A stretch of DNA of 32,000 bases from Opitutales bacterium (GCA_965219535.1 CBDCNV010000001.1:750001-782000); one strand, 5' to 3'. Positions 1 to 8,725 are shown, numbered from the stretch's first letter. Notes: generated by a model not told the origin, from the sequence alone. Translations and numbers: made by a program.

Positions 1-32
1 TTACCTTTTATAACAAAAGTGAATAACTTACA

Positions 33-1316
33 CTATTGTTCTGCATGGCTAATGGAATCTGGATCTCCAAGTTCTTTGAGTAGCTCGTACTGGGGCTCGT
101 TCCCCTGATCTCGACTAGTAAAAAAATTGAACATCAGGATGCCATCCACACCATCTAAGTAAAGCTGCTCAGCTATTTTCTTATAATTTGCGACTTCGCG
201 TTCAACTTCTATAGAAGCATATAGCGGCAAGTCGTCTGGAAGTAGTCCACGATACTCTCGGACTGGTAGTGGAAAATTGTTGTGGAGGTAGTGTGATACC
301 ACCAAGAAATCCACGAGACCTTCTTGTGCCCAGGTGATTGGGTCAAGACCGATCCCAACATTCTGTTCCGGACGTGCCATGATGCGAGCCGAAAGGAGAA
401 GAGGCCGTCCACTTTTCTCAGCCACCTCTAAACTCATGTCGCGAACCTCTCGCATCCAGTTGGTCATGGTTGGCAAGTATTTCCCCTCTTCTCCATATTT
501 GAAGAATACAGGAAATCGTTGGAAATCAAGTTCGAGACCATCGATATCGTATCGTTCTAAACACTCTCGCAATTGATCGAGTCGGCGTTGCCGAACTTCG
601 GGTATCGCAAAATTTAACCCACCTGCAAGCCATTTCCCGACGATTGGATTCGTGCGAGGCCCAAGAATCTCGGTGTGTAGATTGCTAAGCGCATCTCCCT
701 GTTTTCCGACGCGCCAATCTGCGTGCTCTCTCCAAAAATGTGAAATTATCAATTGCTGAGAAAACCCTTCTGGATTGTCCGCCCCATGCACTTCGTTGAC
801 GCGAAAGGAAATAAACACCTCCATGCCCATTTTTTTTGCGCGCTCAATGATTATTTGTAATGGATCATGACCCATGTCGACTAAAGTTTTGAGATTAACG
901 GCTGCCCTAGTGGTCCCTGGTTTCTTAGAGGCCTCGTCCTTAATCCGGTTCCTTATAGATGGTTCTTCTTCGTCGCCGAGCATTCGCGCATGTTTGCTTG
1001 GAAAGTTCATTACCATTCCAACGTTTGGTGATATGCAAAACGTTGTGACGCCAGCATTCGCAACAGCATCGATATCGCTATGGAGATCTTCGGGCTTCAT
1101 CGGTGGGCGCTGAGCAACAAACATGTTGCCGGCATCGCTGTTGTAGATGAAGCGTCGCTGCTGAGATGAGTCATCTGCCCATGCAGATGAGCGTACGATG
1201 CCTGACAAAAGGATAGCTATAATCAAACAAAAACCAGTAATGGTTGGGTAATACCGAAAGACATACAGGACAAATTTACTTTTGGTGACATTTATCAATG
1301 CAATTTTCCTTCTCAA
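33..1316 (-). CDS. Secreted or anchored TIM-barrel glycoside-hydrolase-like protein
   Basis: 427-aa ORF with a TTG start at 1316 and an N-terminal hydrophobic signal/anchor (FCLIIAILLSGIVRSSAWA). 'FISFRVNEVHG' (Asn-Glu after a beta-strand) and 'IDGLELDFQRF' resemble the acid/base and nucleophile strands of clan GH-A (beta/alpha)8 hydrolases. Family assigned by eye only. Confidence 0.5.
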   Translation of the reverse strand: MRRKIALINVTKSKFVLYVFRYYPTITGFCLIIAILLSGIVRSSAWADDSSQQRRFIYNSDAGNMFVAQRPPMKPEDLHSDIDAVANAGVTTFCISPNVGMVMNFPSKHARMLGDEEEPSIRNRIKDEASKKPGTTRAAVNLKTLVDMGHDPLQIIIERAKKMGMEVFISFRVNEVHGADNPEGFSQQLIISHFWREHADWRVGKQGDALSNLHTEILGPRTNPIVGKWLAGGLNFAIPEVRQRRLDQLRECLERYDIDGLELDFQRFPVFFKYGEEGKYLPTMTNWMREVRDMSLEVAEKSGRPLLLSARIMARPEQNVGIGLDPITWAQEGLVDFLVVSHYLHNNFPLPVREYRGLLPDDLPLYASIEVEREVANYKKIAEQLYLDGVDGILMFNFFTSRDQGNEPQYELLKELGDPDSISHAEQ

Positions 1317-1648
1317 TCAATCCAATAAATGTCCGTTTGAGCCTTAACGGCTATGGTAGCGTCCGCGTTGATTCAATGGAGGACCGGGGTTCTTGAGAGA
1401 TGTGATAGCGAGCCGTCCTTACTGACAGGCCATATACCCACTTTAAGACCCAAAAAGACAAGGGCAATCATCAAAATAATATAAATCTCAAATATTCGTA
1501 TCACCTTTGTTGCAGCACAGAAATAAATTTGTCAGCTGAGTTAAGCAAGGAAAATTTGTGAGAAGAATCTCAACTTTGGAACTCGCGGAATAGTAAGAAA
1601 TGAAAGCTCTTTTGCGTCAGCACGGAGCTTGTTAAAGCAAGTAACTTA

Positions 1649-1885
1649 TTACTTCTTCACTCCTAAACCATCCAGGACCTGTTTAGACATTTTACAGATC
1701 ATGGTATAAGCTGGATCGTAAACATTCCCCATGTCATATTCTACCACTTGTCCCATAAGAATGTGCGCGGATCGTGTGCTGAGGCCATAATCTTCCTCAA
1801 ACCAACGCACCATTTCAGTCGTCGCGTGTTCGACGCATTGATCAAGAGGGCAGGCAGGAAGAATAGTGTATGTGTGTGAGTTTTT
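1649..1885 (-). pseudogene. C-terminal remnant of an acetamidase/formamidase (FmdA/AmdA)-family gene
   Basis: The open frame bounded by TGA (1886-1888) and TAA (1649-1651) translates to KNSHTYTILPACPLDQCVEHATTEMVRWFEEDYGLSTRSAHILMGQVVEYDMGNVYDPAYTMICKMSKQVLDGLGVKK. This matches the C-terminal pattern of acetamidase/formamidases (A..m..WL.e.yGLs...AY.L.s.....i..vVd.P.yt....pk..l). The roughly 250-300 N-terminal residues of the family are absent. The only in-frame ATG gives 54 aa, which is why it is missing from the ORF track. Confidence 0.55.
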
Positions 1886-2028
1886 TCATCAATCCTCGTC
1901 TTCGTCCTCTTTGGCTTTTAGCTATATCTATAAACGTATATTTTATAATATTACTTTTGTTCTATTTCGTAAGTACTAACAGGGACAAAGAAGCAGACGC
2001 TGACGAAGACGAAGAGAGAGATGAAAAA
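1882..2028. repeat. About 150-bp imperfect palindrome (segmented inverted repeat around an AT-rich core)
   Basis: tttttcatc (1882-1890) pairs with gatgaaaaa (2020-2028). tcgtcttcgtc (1896-1906) pairs perfectly with gacgaagacga (2002-2012). ctttg (1909-1913) pairs with caaag (1986-1990). The AT-rich centre spans 1914-1985. The repeat begins immediately where the acetamidase-like homology ends. Confidence 0.7.
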
Positions 2029-2117
2029 TATTGTATATCTCATTCCCATTGCTTACGCGTTGAGCTAAACATTAATTATCTCGAAATGGCGACACAGACT
2101 TGCCCTTATTAAGTTTT

Positions 2118-4160
2118 ATGGGAATTAAAAAAATAAAATCATACCGGATACAGATTATACTCTTATTGCTTGTCATCACAATTGCACCTTTAGGTTGCAG
2201 CCGGAACAATGACACGACATCAGTAGTTGAAGCGGATAAACCGCAAGAGGTAGCCGTTAGCACGAAAAATTTTAGTTTTCTATATAAGGGCCCACTCCCT
2301 ACGACATTCAGCGAAGCACCAGATCTTGCTAAGCGCGTTGCAGCGGGAGAGTTGCCACCCGTAATTGAGCGTCTGCCTGAAGAACCCTTGATTGTTCCAA
2401 CGATCGAACGTATCGGCCAATATGGCGGCACCTGGCACCGTGGATTTACGGGGCGCGCCGATCAAAACAACATGGACCGGATTACGCACGATCATATCGT
2501 TTACTTCGATATCGACGGCTATACCTTGATGCCCCACATCGCGAAAGGATGGGAAGTCAGTGAAGACGGGACCACTTTTACTTTCCATTTACGCAAGGGC
2601 ATGAAGTGGTCTGATGGCGCGCCGTTTACGGCTGATGACTTTGTCTTCGCCTTCGAAGACGTGACAATGAATGATAATATCAACCCGGTAAAGGCTAACT
2701 ACACGAAAGCGGATGGTCAATTTTTCAAAGTTGAAAAGATAGATGAGACCACGGTTCGTTATACCTTTCATAAACCTAACTTTGTCTTCATCGAGAATGC
2801 CGGTGGATTAGCGGTTGGTGGACAATTCAATCGGCGATTTGATAGCCCTCTCTATGCCCCACGGCATTATTTAAAGCAGTTTCTCCCGAAGTATACCCCG
2901 TTAAATGAGCTGGAAAGTAAAGTACAGGCTTTAAATGATGAGAGCTGGGTTACGCTCTTTAAACGCATGGCTTCAGCTCATGAAAATCCCGAATTACCGG
3001 TGATCGGGCCCTGGCAAATGGTTACACCAATTACGAGTTCAATTTACTCCCTGGAACGCAACCCTTATTACTTTGCCGTTGATCCCGAAGGGAACCAGCT
3101 ACCCTATATCGACAAGATTGAAATGCGCCTGAGTGAAAACGCGGAGGTGTTCAATGCACGCGTCATTGCCGGTGAGGTGGAAATGCAGCACCGCCATGTT
3201 CTCTTAGACAAGGTCCCCATTCTCATGCAGGAAAAAGAAAAGGGCAATTACCGCGTCCTCTTCTGGCCCAATCTAGGCGGTTCCGAAGGCATCATTAATA
3301 TTAATCAAACCTGGGAGGGAGACACGGAAATAGAAAAGTGGCTTAGGAACCGTGATTATCGGATCGCTCTCTCGCTTGCCATCGACCGGGAAGAGATAAA
3401 CGAATCGATTTTTCTGGGCATTGGTAAGCCAAGAGCATTCGTGGCCATACCCGATAACCCGTATTACCCCGGGCAAGAGTACGAAAGAAAGTATGCCGTG
3501 CGCAACCTGGAACAATCCAACGCGATCCTCGATACTATCGGTTTAGATGAAAGGGACAGTGATGGCTATCGCCTGCGCACCGATAGTAAGAAACGTCTGA
3601 TCATTAATCTCTCCGTGCCAAGTCAGACGATGGTGGATTTTGAAGGTATAGCTGAACTTCTTGTGATCCACTGGAAGGCTATCGGCATCAATGTACATTT
3701 AATGGTTGAAGAGAGGAGCTTTTTTGCCAGACGCCAACAAAACAATGATCACCAACTTAACATGTTTATTTCAGGTGGATCTGAAAACCCGTGGACTTAC
3801 CCTAATTTCACCATACCTGTCCTACGCGGTTCATTTGCGCCGCAAATCGGATTCTGGTATATGACCAACGGTAAAAAGGGTGTAGAGCCTACCGGGGAAC
3901 TCCGTAGGTTGCTGGAAATTTTTGATCTAGGGAATAGCCTGCCTAAAGCGGAGCGAATAGAACTGGGAAAAGAATTATGGAGAATCCATGTGGACAACCA
4001 GTTTGTTATTGGAACGGTCGGGCAATCTCCGGCAATGAATGGCGTTGTCGTGGTAAAAAACAATTTCCGCAACGTTCCCGCTATCGCTCCCAATAGCGCA
4101 GCCCTCCAAACCCCGGGAATCGCTCGACCGGATCAGTTTTTCTTTGAGCCCATCGACTAG
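2118..4160 (+). CDS. ABC transporter substrate-binding protein, family 5 (peptide/nickel/oligosaccharide type), probable lipoprotein
   Basis: The ORF opens at 2100 (TTG), but ATG 2118 gives MGIKKIKSYRIQIILLLLVITIAPLGCS, a signal peptide followed by Cys. 'LRKGMKWSDGAPFTADDFVFAFE' and 'RIALSLAIDREEINESIF' are typical SBP_bac_5 motifs, and the size (about 680 aa) fits. No permease or ATPase gene lies adjacent. Confidence 0.85.
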   Translation: MGIKKIKSYRIQIILLLLVITIAPLGCSRNNDTTSVVEADKPQEVAVSTKNFSFLYKGPLPTTFSEAPDLAKRVAAGELPPVIERLPEEPLIVPTIERIGQYGGTWHRGFTGRADQNNMDRITHDHIVYFDIDGYTLMPHIAKGWEVSEDGTTFTFHLRKGMKWSDGAPFTADDFVFAFEDVTMNDNINPVKANYTKADGQFFKVEKIDETTVRYTFHKPNFVFIENAGGLAVGGQFNRRFDSPLYAPRHYLKQFLPKYTPLNELESKVQALNDESWVTLFKRMASAHENPELPVIGPWQMVTPITSSIYSLERNPYYFAVDPEGNQLPYIDKIEMRLSENAEVFNARVIAGEVEMQHRHVLLDKVPILMQEKEKGNYRVLFWPNLGGSEGIININQTWEGDTEIEKWLRNRDYRIALSLAIDREEINESIFLGIGKPRAFVAIPDNPYYPGQEYERKYAVRNLEQSNAILDTIGLDERDSDGYRLRTDSKKRLIINLSVPSQTMVDFEGIAELLVIHWKAIGINVHLMVEERSFFARRQQNNDHQLNMFISGGSENPWTYPNFTIPVLRGSFAPQIGFWYMTNGKKGVEPTGELRRLLEIFDLGNSLPKAERIELGKELWRIHVDNQFVIGTVGQSPAMNGVVVVKNNFRNVPAIAPNSAALQTPGIARPDQFFFEPID

Positions 4161-4219
4161 GCTCAGGGTAAGCAGCCCGCTCCACCTTGAAACCTAAAAC
4201 CTAACACTTCTCGAAGATA

Positions 4220-6466
4220 TCACTCAATAGTGATCTCCTCGGGAACAACCTCGATCGCATCGCCGTCTTCGTTGGCGAAAGTGGCGTTGATGCTCAGTGT
4301 CGGCTGTGGAGTATTGTCGGACTTAAAATTGTTCTGCGTTATCATGGTATCAAATCCCGTCGTTGTCGATCCGCTCTCTGCGACGACGACCGCGGCACCG
4401 TTTGTCTGCAATAAGTCTCCACCCGTGATCCGCAACCCGGGGTTGCTGGCGGGTACCGTGAAGGAACCATCACCAAATAAGAGGTGGGGAACGGCATCAC
4501 CACTGGCATCGATGTCACCTACGGTTAAGCGTACCGCGATCGGTACCCCGCGCGCGTCGACACCGGTCTTGCCCGTGCTTGCGCTGAACGCGGCGTTCGA
4601 CAACTGCATGCCGCCCATGCCCGTGGAATTTACAACCTCCACCAGGGTCACGTCCGCTTGTGCGTCGTAGACTTGACCCTCGGGGAAGAGGGCCTGGTTC
4701 ACCGCGTTGATTCTTCCCACGGTGAAGATACTGAAGAAGGTATTAGCATCGGCACCATCGATAACCACGCTGGGTCTGCCGGTCACATACTCAACAGCCT
4801 GGTTATAGCGAGGGGGAATAGCCGGGGGCAGGAAGGTGGATGGGTCGAGGGTTACGGTAAATGACCCAAAACCCGAAAATTCAACCTGCACGATGTCCTC
4901 GGTTTCATCCATGAAGGAGACGCGTGTAATTTGCCCGGGTCTTGCTTGTAGCTGAATGGATTCACCGGTGAGTAAAATCTGGTCGAACACGTTACCGTTA
5001 GGATGCTGAATGTTTTCCCCCGCGATATCGCCCGAGCCGTCAAGGACGAGAGGCACGGAGGGAGCAGCTACCGTGACGACCGCGGTTTCGCTGTCAGCGA
5101 TCCCGCCAGCGTTCGTAATCTGTACCCAGAAGCTAGTGCTCGCGGTAAGGGCACCCGTGTCTAATGTGCCAGTGGTCGCGCCGGCGACGGGACTGGCGGT
5201 GTCACCACTGTTGCCGGTATACCATTGGTAAGTTAGATCGTCGCCGCTTGCGGTAACGGACAAACTCGCCGTTGCACCGGATGCGACTTCCTGGCTTGCC
5301 GGCTGGGTAGTGATAGCGGGCGCGGTGGCGGGCGGGGGTCCCTCAGAACCAGTTCCTGGTGCTCCTATCGGGGTAAATCCAAAATCGTCGATCGCTGTAT
5401 GACCAACTGGATTGTTAGTAGGATGATCTCTCAATACAATCTTACCAATGCCTCCGGGGGCTCCTAATTCATCCGCATTAAAATTTACTGAACCGGGCTT
5501 AGTAGTGGAAGTAAGAACCGATTCTAAATTATCAATCGTAACGAGTAAGTTGTCGTTTGTATCATAGACGTCAATAAAACCATCGGGTAAAATTCCCTCT
5601 TTGGGTGGTCTACTCTGTGATGCGAAAGCGTCAATTTTATAAGCTGGAGTTTCAAAAGTGATGGTTGCTTCTTCACCATTTATCACGGCATAAGAAGTGG
5701 ACATCGAGCGCACATGATTGGGACCATCAGTCCATGCAACGATAATAGCGCCTCCATCAAAAGTAGCAGTATTCGGCGAAATCCCAATGACCAAGGGTTC
5801 CAACAGTCCATCACCAGCGCCAAAAAATGTGAAATCCTCGTAAACAGTGTTGTTTGAGGGGAAGTCGGTCAGTGTGAATCCCAGGTCGTCGATCACGAGT
5901 TTTCCCATAACATTAAAAAACTTCACTTCTTGTATACCGGTAAGGAAATCAAAATCTTGTGTATCAAAAAAATCGCCACTATCTGCGACATAACTGTATA
6001 AAGGGGGATTCGCACCAGGGCTGATATTTGCCGGTAGTCCTTCAATAATACCTCCCTCTCCACCGCGGGAGCCCCCTATGACGATGTTAACTCTAATGTC
6101 AGTGGAGAAAACATCCCCTGTATTGATTTCTCCTCTTATCTCAAATTTGCCTGCGCCTGTCGTTTCGCCCGCATAAAATTCTAGAAATTGCATCCCTCTT
6201 TGGGAGAAAATTTTTCCCTCCTGTCCAGGCCCAAGAGTTATTGCTTTGCTACCCGAATGTAAGAGCGAGGGATCCTCTAAAGTCTCCACCTTAAAGCCGA
6301 TCACTGTGACACGGTTTGGCTCTTCGCCGATGAAAAATTCACCTTCACCGCTGATGTCCTCAAAATCCGTGAATACCTCGAGGTCTTGAGGAAGAGCTGA
6401 GAGCAGAAGCGGCAAGCTCGATACTATTAACAATAACAAGAGAGGAACGTGATTCCTAAAGTGCAT
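4220..6466 (-). CDS. Large secreted protein with a central Ig-like domain
   Basis: 748-aa ORF with a signal peptide (MHFRNHVPLLLLLIVSSLPLLLSALPQD). It carries a Pro/Ala/Thr linker (GSEGPPPATAPA) followed by an Ig-like module 'ITTQPASQEVASGATASLSVTASGDDLTYQWY...FWVQITNAGGIADSETAVVTV'. The N- and C-terminal regions are unassigned. Confidence 0.75.
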   Translation of the reverse strand: MHFRNHVPLLLLLIVSSLPLLLSALPQDLEVFTDFEDISGEGEFFIGEEPNRVTVIGFKVETLEDPSLLHSGSKAITLGPGQEGKIFSQRGMQFLEFYAGETTGAGKFEIRGEINTGDVFSTDIRVNIVIGGSRGGEGGIIEGLPANISPGANPPLYSYVADSGDFFDTQDFDFLTGIQEVKFFNVMGKLVIDDLGFTLTDFPSNNTVYEDFTFFGAGDGLLEPLVIGISPNTATFDGGAIIVAWTDGPNHVRSMSTSYAVINGEEATITFETPAYKIDAFASQSRPPKEGILPDGFIDVYDTNDNLLVTIDNLESVLTSTTKPGSVNFNADELGAPGGIGKIVLRDHPTNNPVGHTAIDDFGFTPIGAPGTGSEGPPPATAPAITTQPASQEVASGATASLSVTASGDDLTYQWYTGNSGDTASPVAGATTGTLDTGALTASTSFWVQITNAGGIADSETAVVTVAAPSVPLVLDGSGDIAGENIQHPNGNVFDQILLTGESIQLQARPGQITRVSFMDETEDIVQVEFSGFGSFTVTLDPSTFLPPAIPPRYNQAVEYVTGRPSVVIDGADANTFFSIFTVGRINAVNQALFPEGQVYDAQADVTLVEVVNSTGMGGMQLSNAAFSASTGKTGVDARGVPIAVRLTVGDIDASGDAVPHLLFGDGSFTVPASNPGLRITGGDLLQTNGAAVVVAESGSTTTGFDTMITQNNFKSDNTPQPTLSINATFANEDGDAIEVVPEEITIE

Positions 6467-6498
6467 TTGGATTATCTTACGTATAAATTAAAGGGCAG

Positions 6499-6613
6499 TC
6501 AAAAAGGGGTCAAACGTAGAATTTAAATATACCTGAATATGGGAAAACCCTCGCGTGTCAGCAATTTGTTAACCAAAAGTGACATTTAAATTCTACGTTT
6601 GACCCCTTTTTGA
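6499..6613. repeat. Perfect 30-bp inverted repeat (arms 6499-6528 and 6584-6613, 55-nt spacer) in a divergent intergenic region
   Basis: The left arm tcaaaaaggggtcaaacgtagaatttaaat is the exact reverse complement of the right arm atttaaattctacgtttgacccctttttga, checked base by base. Each arm ends 20-33 nt from the start codon of the gene it faces (6466 on the minus strand, 6633 on the plus strand). Confidence 0.95.
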
Positions 6614-6632
6614 AAAATCATATTTAAACTAG

Positions 6633-7469
6633 GTGATGATAGAATTAAGAGAAGATAAACCTATTTTTCGGATTGATGCGCCGTCGGCTGATGATCTCGA
6701 GACTTTTCATCGCGATGGCTATGTCGTTTTCCCGGGGGTGTTCAGCGATGAGGGCATTAAGGGTATTACCGATGAGATTATGAGTCGTGATCAGGTAGTT
6801 GAGTTTTTTGATAAAAATAAGAACGAGCTCGTTGATGTGCATTTGCGGTCCTGCCCCTGGAACAATAAGGGGCCGTGGGGGCACCAATTGTTTGACGCGC
6901 CGTTCGTGACGGCCCTGCTGCGCGCGATCGTTGGCAATCCGTATCACTTCTGCCATTCAACGCTGCATGTAAAGATGCGCGGTTGTGAAGGGGCGGGTCC
7001 TCACCGGGATCACCTCCATTGGTTCAATGACAACCCGGTTAATCTTGCCAATAGGGACAAGTGGTATGTTCAGATGCTCTATTACGTCAATGGTTTTGAA
7101 AAAGGAGATGCAAGTCTCTCAGTCGTTCCGGGAAGCCATCTTTGTATACCGAAGGAACGAACTGCTGATGAGGCTGAGTTGCTGAAAGGAAAGTATGACG
7201 AAGAGGCCGGTCGCGAATTGAAGTTGATAGACCTGGAACTGCCACCCGGCAGCATGGTATGCCTGAGTGGCAGAACCATTCACGCCGCAGCTCCAAAACC
7301 GGTAGACTCTCCACAGGAATATCGCCTCAATGTTCACTACCTCTTTAAAGAGGCAGGGGCCCCGCATCAACTCACTCAACCCATCCCTGAAGATTGGTTG
7401 CCCAATGCTAGCCCTGAGTGTAAAATGCTTTTTCAGCGCGAGCCCTACACCGAAGGGTGTTGGAAGTGA
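6633..7469 (+). CDS. Phytanoyl-CoA dioxygenase (PhyH)-family Fe(II)/2-oxoglutarate oxygenase (paralogue 1)
   Basis: 278 aa, starting at GTG 6633 or ATG 6636. N-terminal 'LETFHRDGYVVFPGVFS', the H-x-D motif 'GPHRDHLHW', 'VVPGSH' and the distal His 'GRTIHAAAP'. Confidence 0.85.
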   Translation: MMIELREDKPIFRIDAPSADDLETFHRDGYVVFPGVFSDEGIKGITDEIMSRDQVVEFFDKNKNELVDVHLRSCPWNNKGPWGHQLFDAPFVTALLRAIVGNPYHFCHSTLHVKMRGCEGAGPHRDHLHWFNDNPVNLANRDKWYVQMLYYVNGFEKGDASLSVVPGSHLCIPKERTADEAELLKGKYDEEAGRELKLIDLELPPGSMVCLSGRTIHAAAPKPVDSPQEYRLNVHYLFKEAGAPHQLTQPIPEDWLPNASPECKMLFQREPYTEGCWK

Positions 7470-7566
7470 TGGAAAATGGTTTTCGATGATCAATTTATCT
7501 TTCACACTAATTAATTATACTTTGACGACCGCAGCTAAGGTCTAAGAGAGTAAATTACGGGCTATT

Positions 7567-8564
7567 GTGAATTATAAATCAGGATTATTTTTTATTTTTT
7601 TAATTTTTGGATTTCCTGGACAGGGGCTGGCCGAAATATATGACCCTTCCATTCGTCCCGGAGCGGGCGGTCCGCCAACTGAAATCAAAGTCGGCATCTT
7701 TGTCGTGGATGTAGTTAAGATCGATGAACTTTCTGAGACTTTTTTGTTGGATTTTTCCCTGATCATGAGGTGGAAAGATGAGCGTCTTGCGGATCCGGAG
7801 CAGTCGAAGTCTAGAAGCATGGGGCTTGATGAAATCTGGCGTCCTAGAATCACATATGTAAATCTTCGGCAGATTAACAAATTGAATGACCCGAATGTAA
7901 TAGTCAGTCCGGATGGTACGGTCCAATACAGTCAGCGAAGTCTCGGTGAGCTGACCTCAAATTTTAACCTGCGTGATTTTCCCTTTGATAGCCAGGATTT
8001 GCCCATCCATTTGACCAGTCGTGATTTTATCGATCAGGTGGTATTGGTTCATGAAAATGAACGGACCGGTCAGTTAATGGACGCTGGCTTGGCTGGACTT
8101 TACAGAAGATTGACGTGGCCAAGAGTGCTGATAGTATCGATTTCTTCGAATACAAGTTATCCTCTATTCTCTTTCATCTAAAGGCGGACCGTGAACCCGT
8201 TTTTCATTTCTGGAAACTCTTTTTTCCTTTGTTTTTGATCACGGTCATGGCGGCGACGGTGTTCTGGATCGATCCTCAACATTTTGCGACTCAGATAAGT
8301 GTATCTACAGCTTCGGTATTTACCCTGACGGCGTTTCTCATCAGTCTCTCAAATTTAACGCCGCCTGTGGATTATATGACAAAAGCTGATAAAGTAGTGA
8401 TCAGCAGTATGTGCCTTGTCTTTGGCGCGCTCTTAATAACGGTGACGACCAGCCGTCTGGGACAAACAGGCAGGCACGAACTGGCAAAAAAAATCGACAG
8501 TTTCATGCGATGGATTTACCCGGCCCTGACTATCATATTTTTCTCAGTGCACATCCTGTTTTAA
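7567..8564 (+). pseudogene. Prokaryotic pentameric ligand-gated ion channel (Cys-loop receptor superfamily, GLIC/ELIC-like) interrupted by one frameshift near 8083-8095
   Basis: ORF 7567-8181 encodes a signal peptide plus the extracellular beta-sandwich ('FLLDFSLIMRWKDERL', 'DEIWRPRITYVN', 'SNFNLRDFPFDSQDLPIHL'). ORF 8115-8564, whose frame is open from 8061, encodes pre-M1 'GWTLQKIDV...LKADREPVFHFW' and M1-M4 ('LFFPLFLITVMAATVFWI', 'QISVSTASVFTLTAFLISL', 'VDYMTKADKVVISSMCLVFGALLI', 'IYPALTIIFFSVHILF'). The frames differ by one nt. Adding one nt in gctggcttggctgg would restore '...QLMDAGxGWTLQK...'. Confidence 0.8.
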
Positions 8565-8725
8565 TAAACTTAGCAAAAAAAACGACATAACGCGTTTCTT
8601 CTTCAGTAGATAAAGACGGCGGGATCGAAAAGGTAAGCTGAAATTGCTCACCAATAAAAAAAGTGACAAGTTTAATTAATCCATGGATCGCAGAAGGACA
8701 GAATAGGGGCATTGCTCTTAGGCAT

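Noticed and set aside
1373-1504. 43-aa minus-strand ORF encoding a single hydrophobic helix (VIRIFEIYIILMIALVFLGLKVGIW...)
   Set aside because: It has a GTG start directly abutting the AAAGG box (no spacing), is very short and has no homology I can recognise. There is not enough support to call it a gene.
1870-2112. 80-aa plus-strand ORF (MCVSFFINPRLRPLW...DEDEERDEKY...)
   Set aside because: It reads straight through both arms of the imperfect palindrome; the mirrored low-complexity 'RLRPL' and 'DEDEERDE' stretches are its two arms. It also runs through an AT-rich core and has no ribosome-binding site. It is most likely an artefact of the repeat.
4230-5231. Several 60-146-aa plus-strand ORFs antisense to the 748-aa gene
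   Set aside because: They lie entirely inside the GC-rich half of a well-supported minus-strand CDS and are Ala/Pro/Thr/Ser-rich. These are typical stop-poor antisense frames in GC-rich coding DNA.
6499-6613. MITE (miniature transposable element) interpretation of the 115-bp perfect-IR element
   Set aside because: No target-site duplication flanks the arms (gcag versus aaaa). The second locus (8726-8775) has only one arm plus internal sequence, and no transposase is present. I therefore keep it as a repeat or regulatory element, not a mobile element.
8083-8095. Programmed -1 ribosomal frameshift in the pLGIC gene
   Set aside because: There is no slippery X XXY YYZ heptamer and no obvious downstream stimulatory hairpin or pseudoknot. 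The site is a short gctgg...gctgg direct repeat, which fits a replication-slippage mutation or sequence error better.
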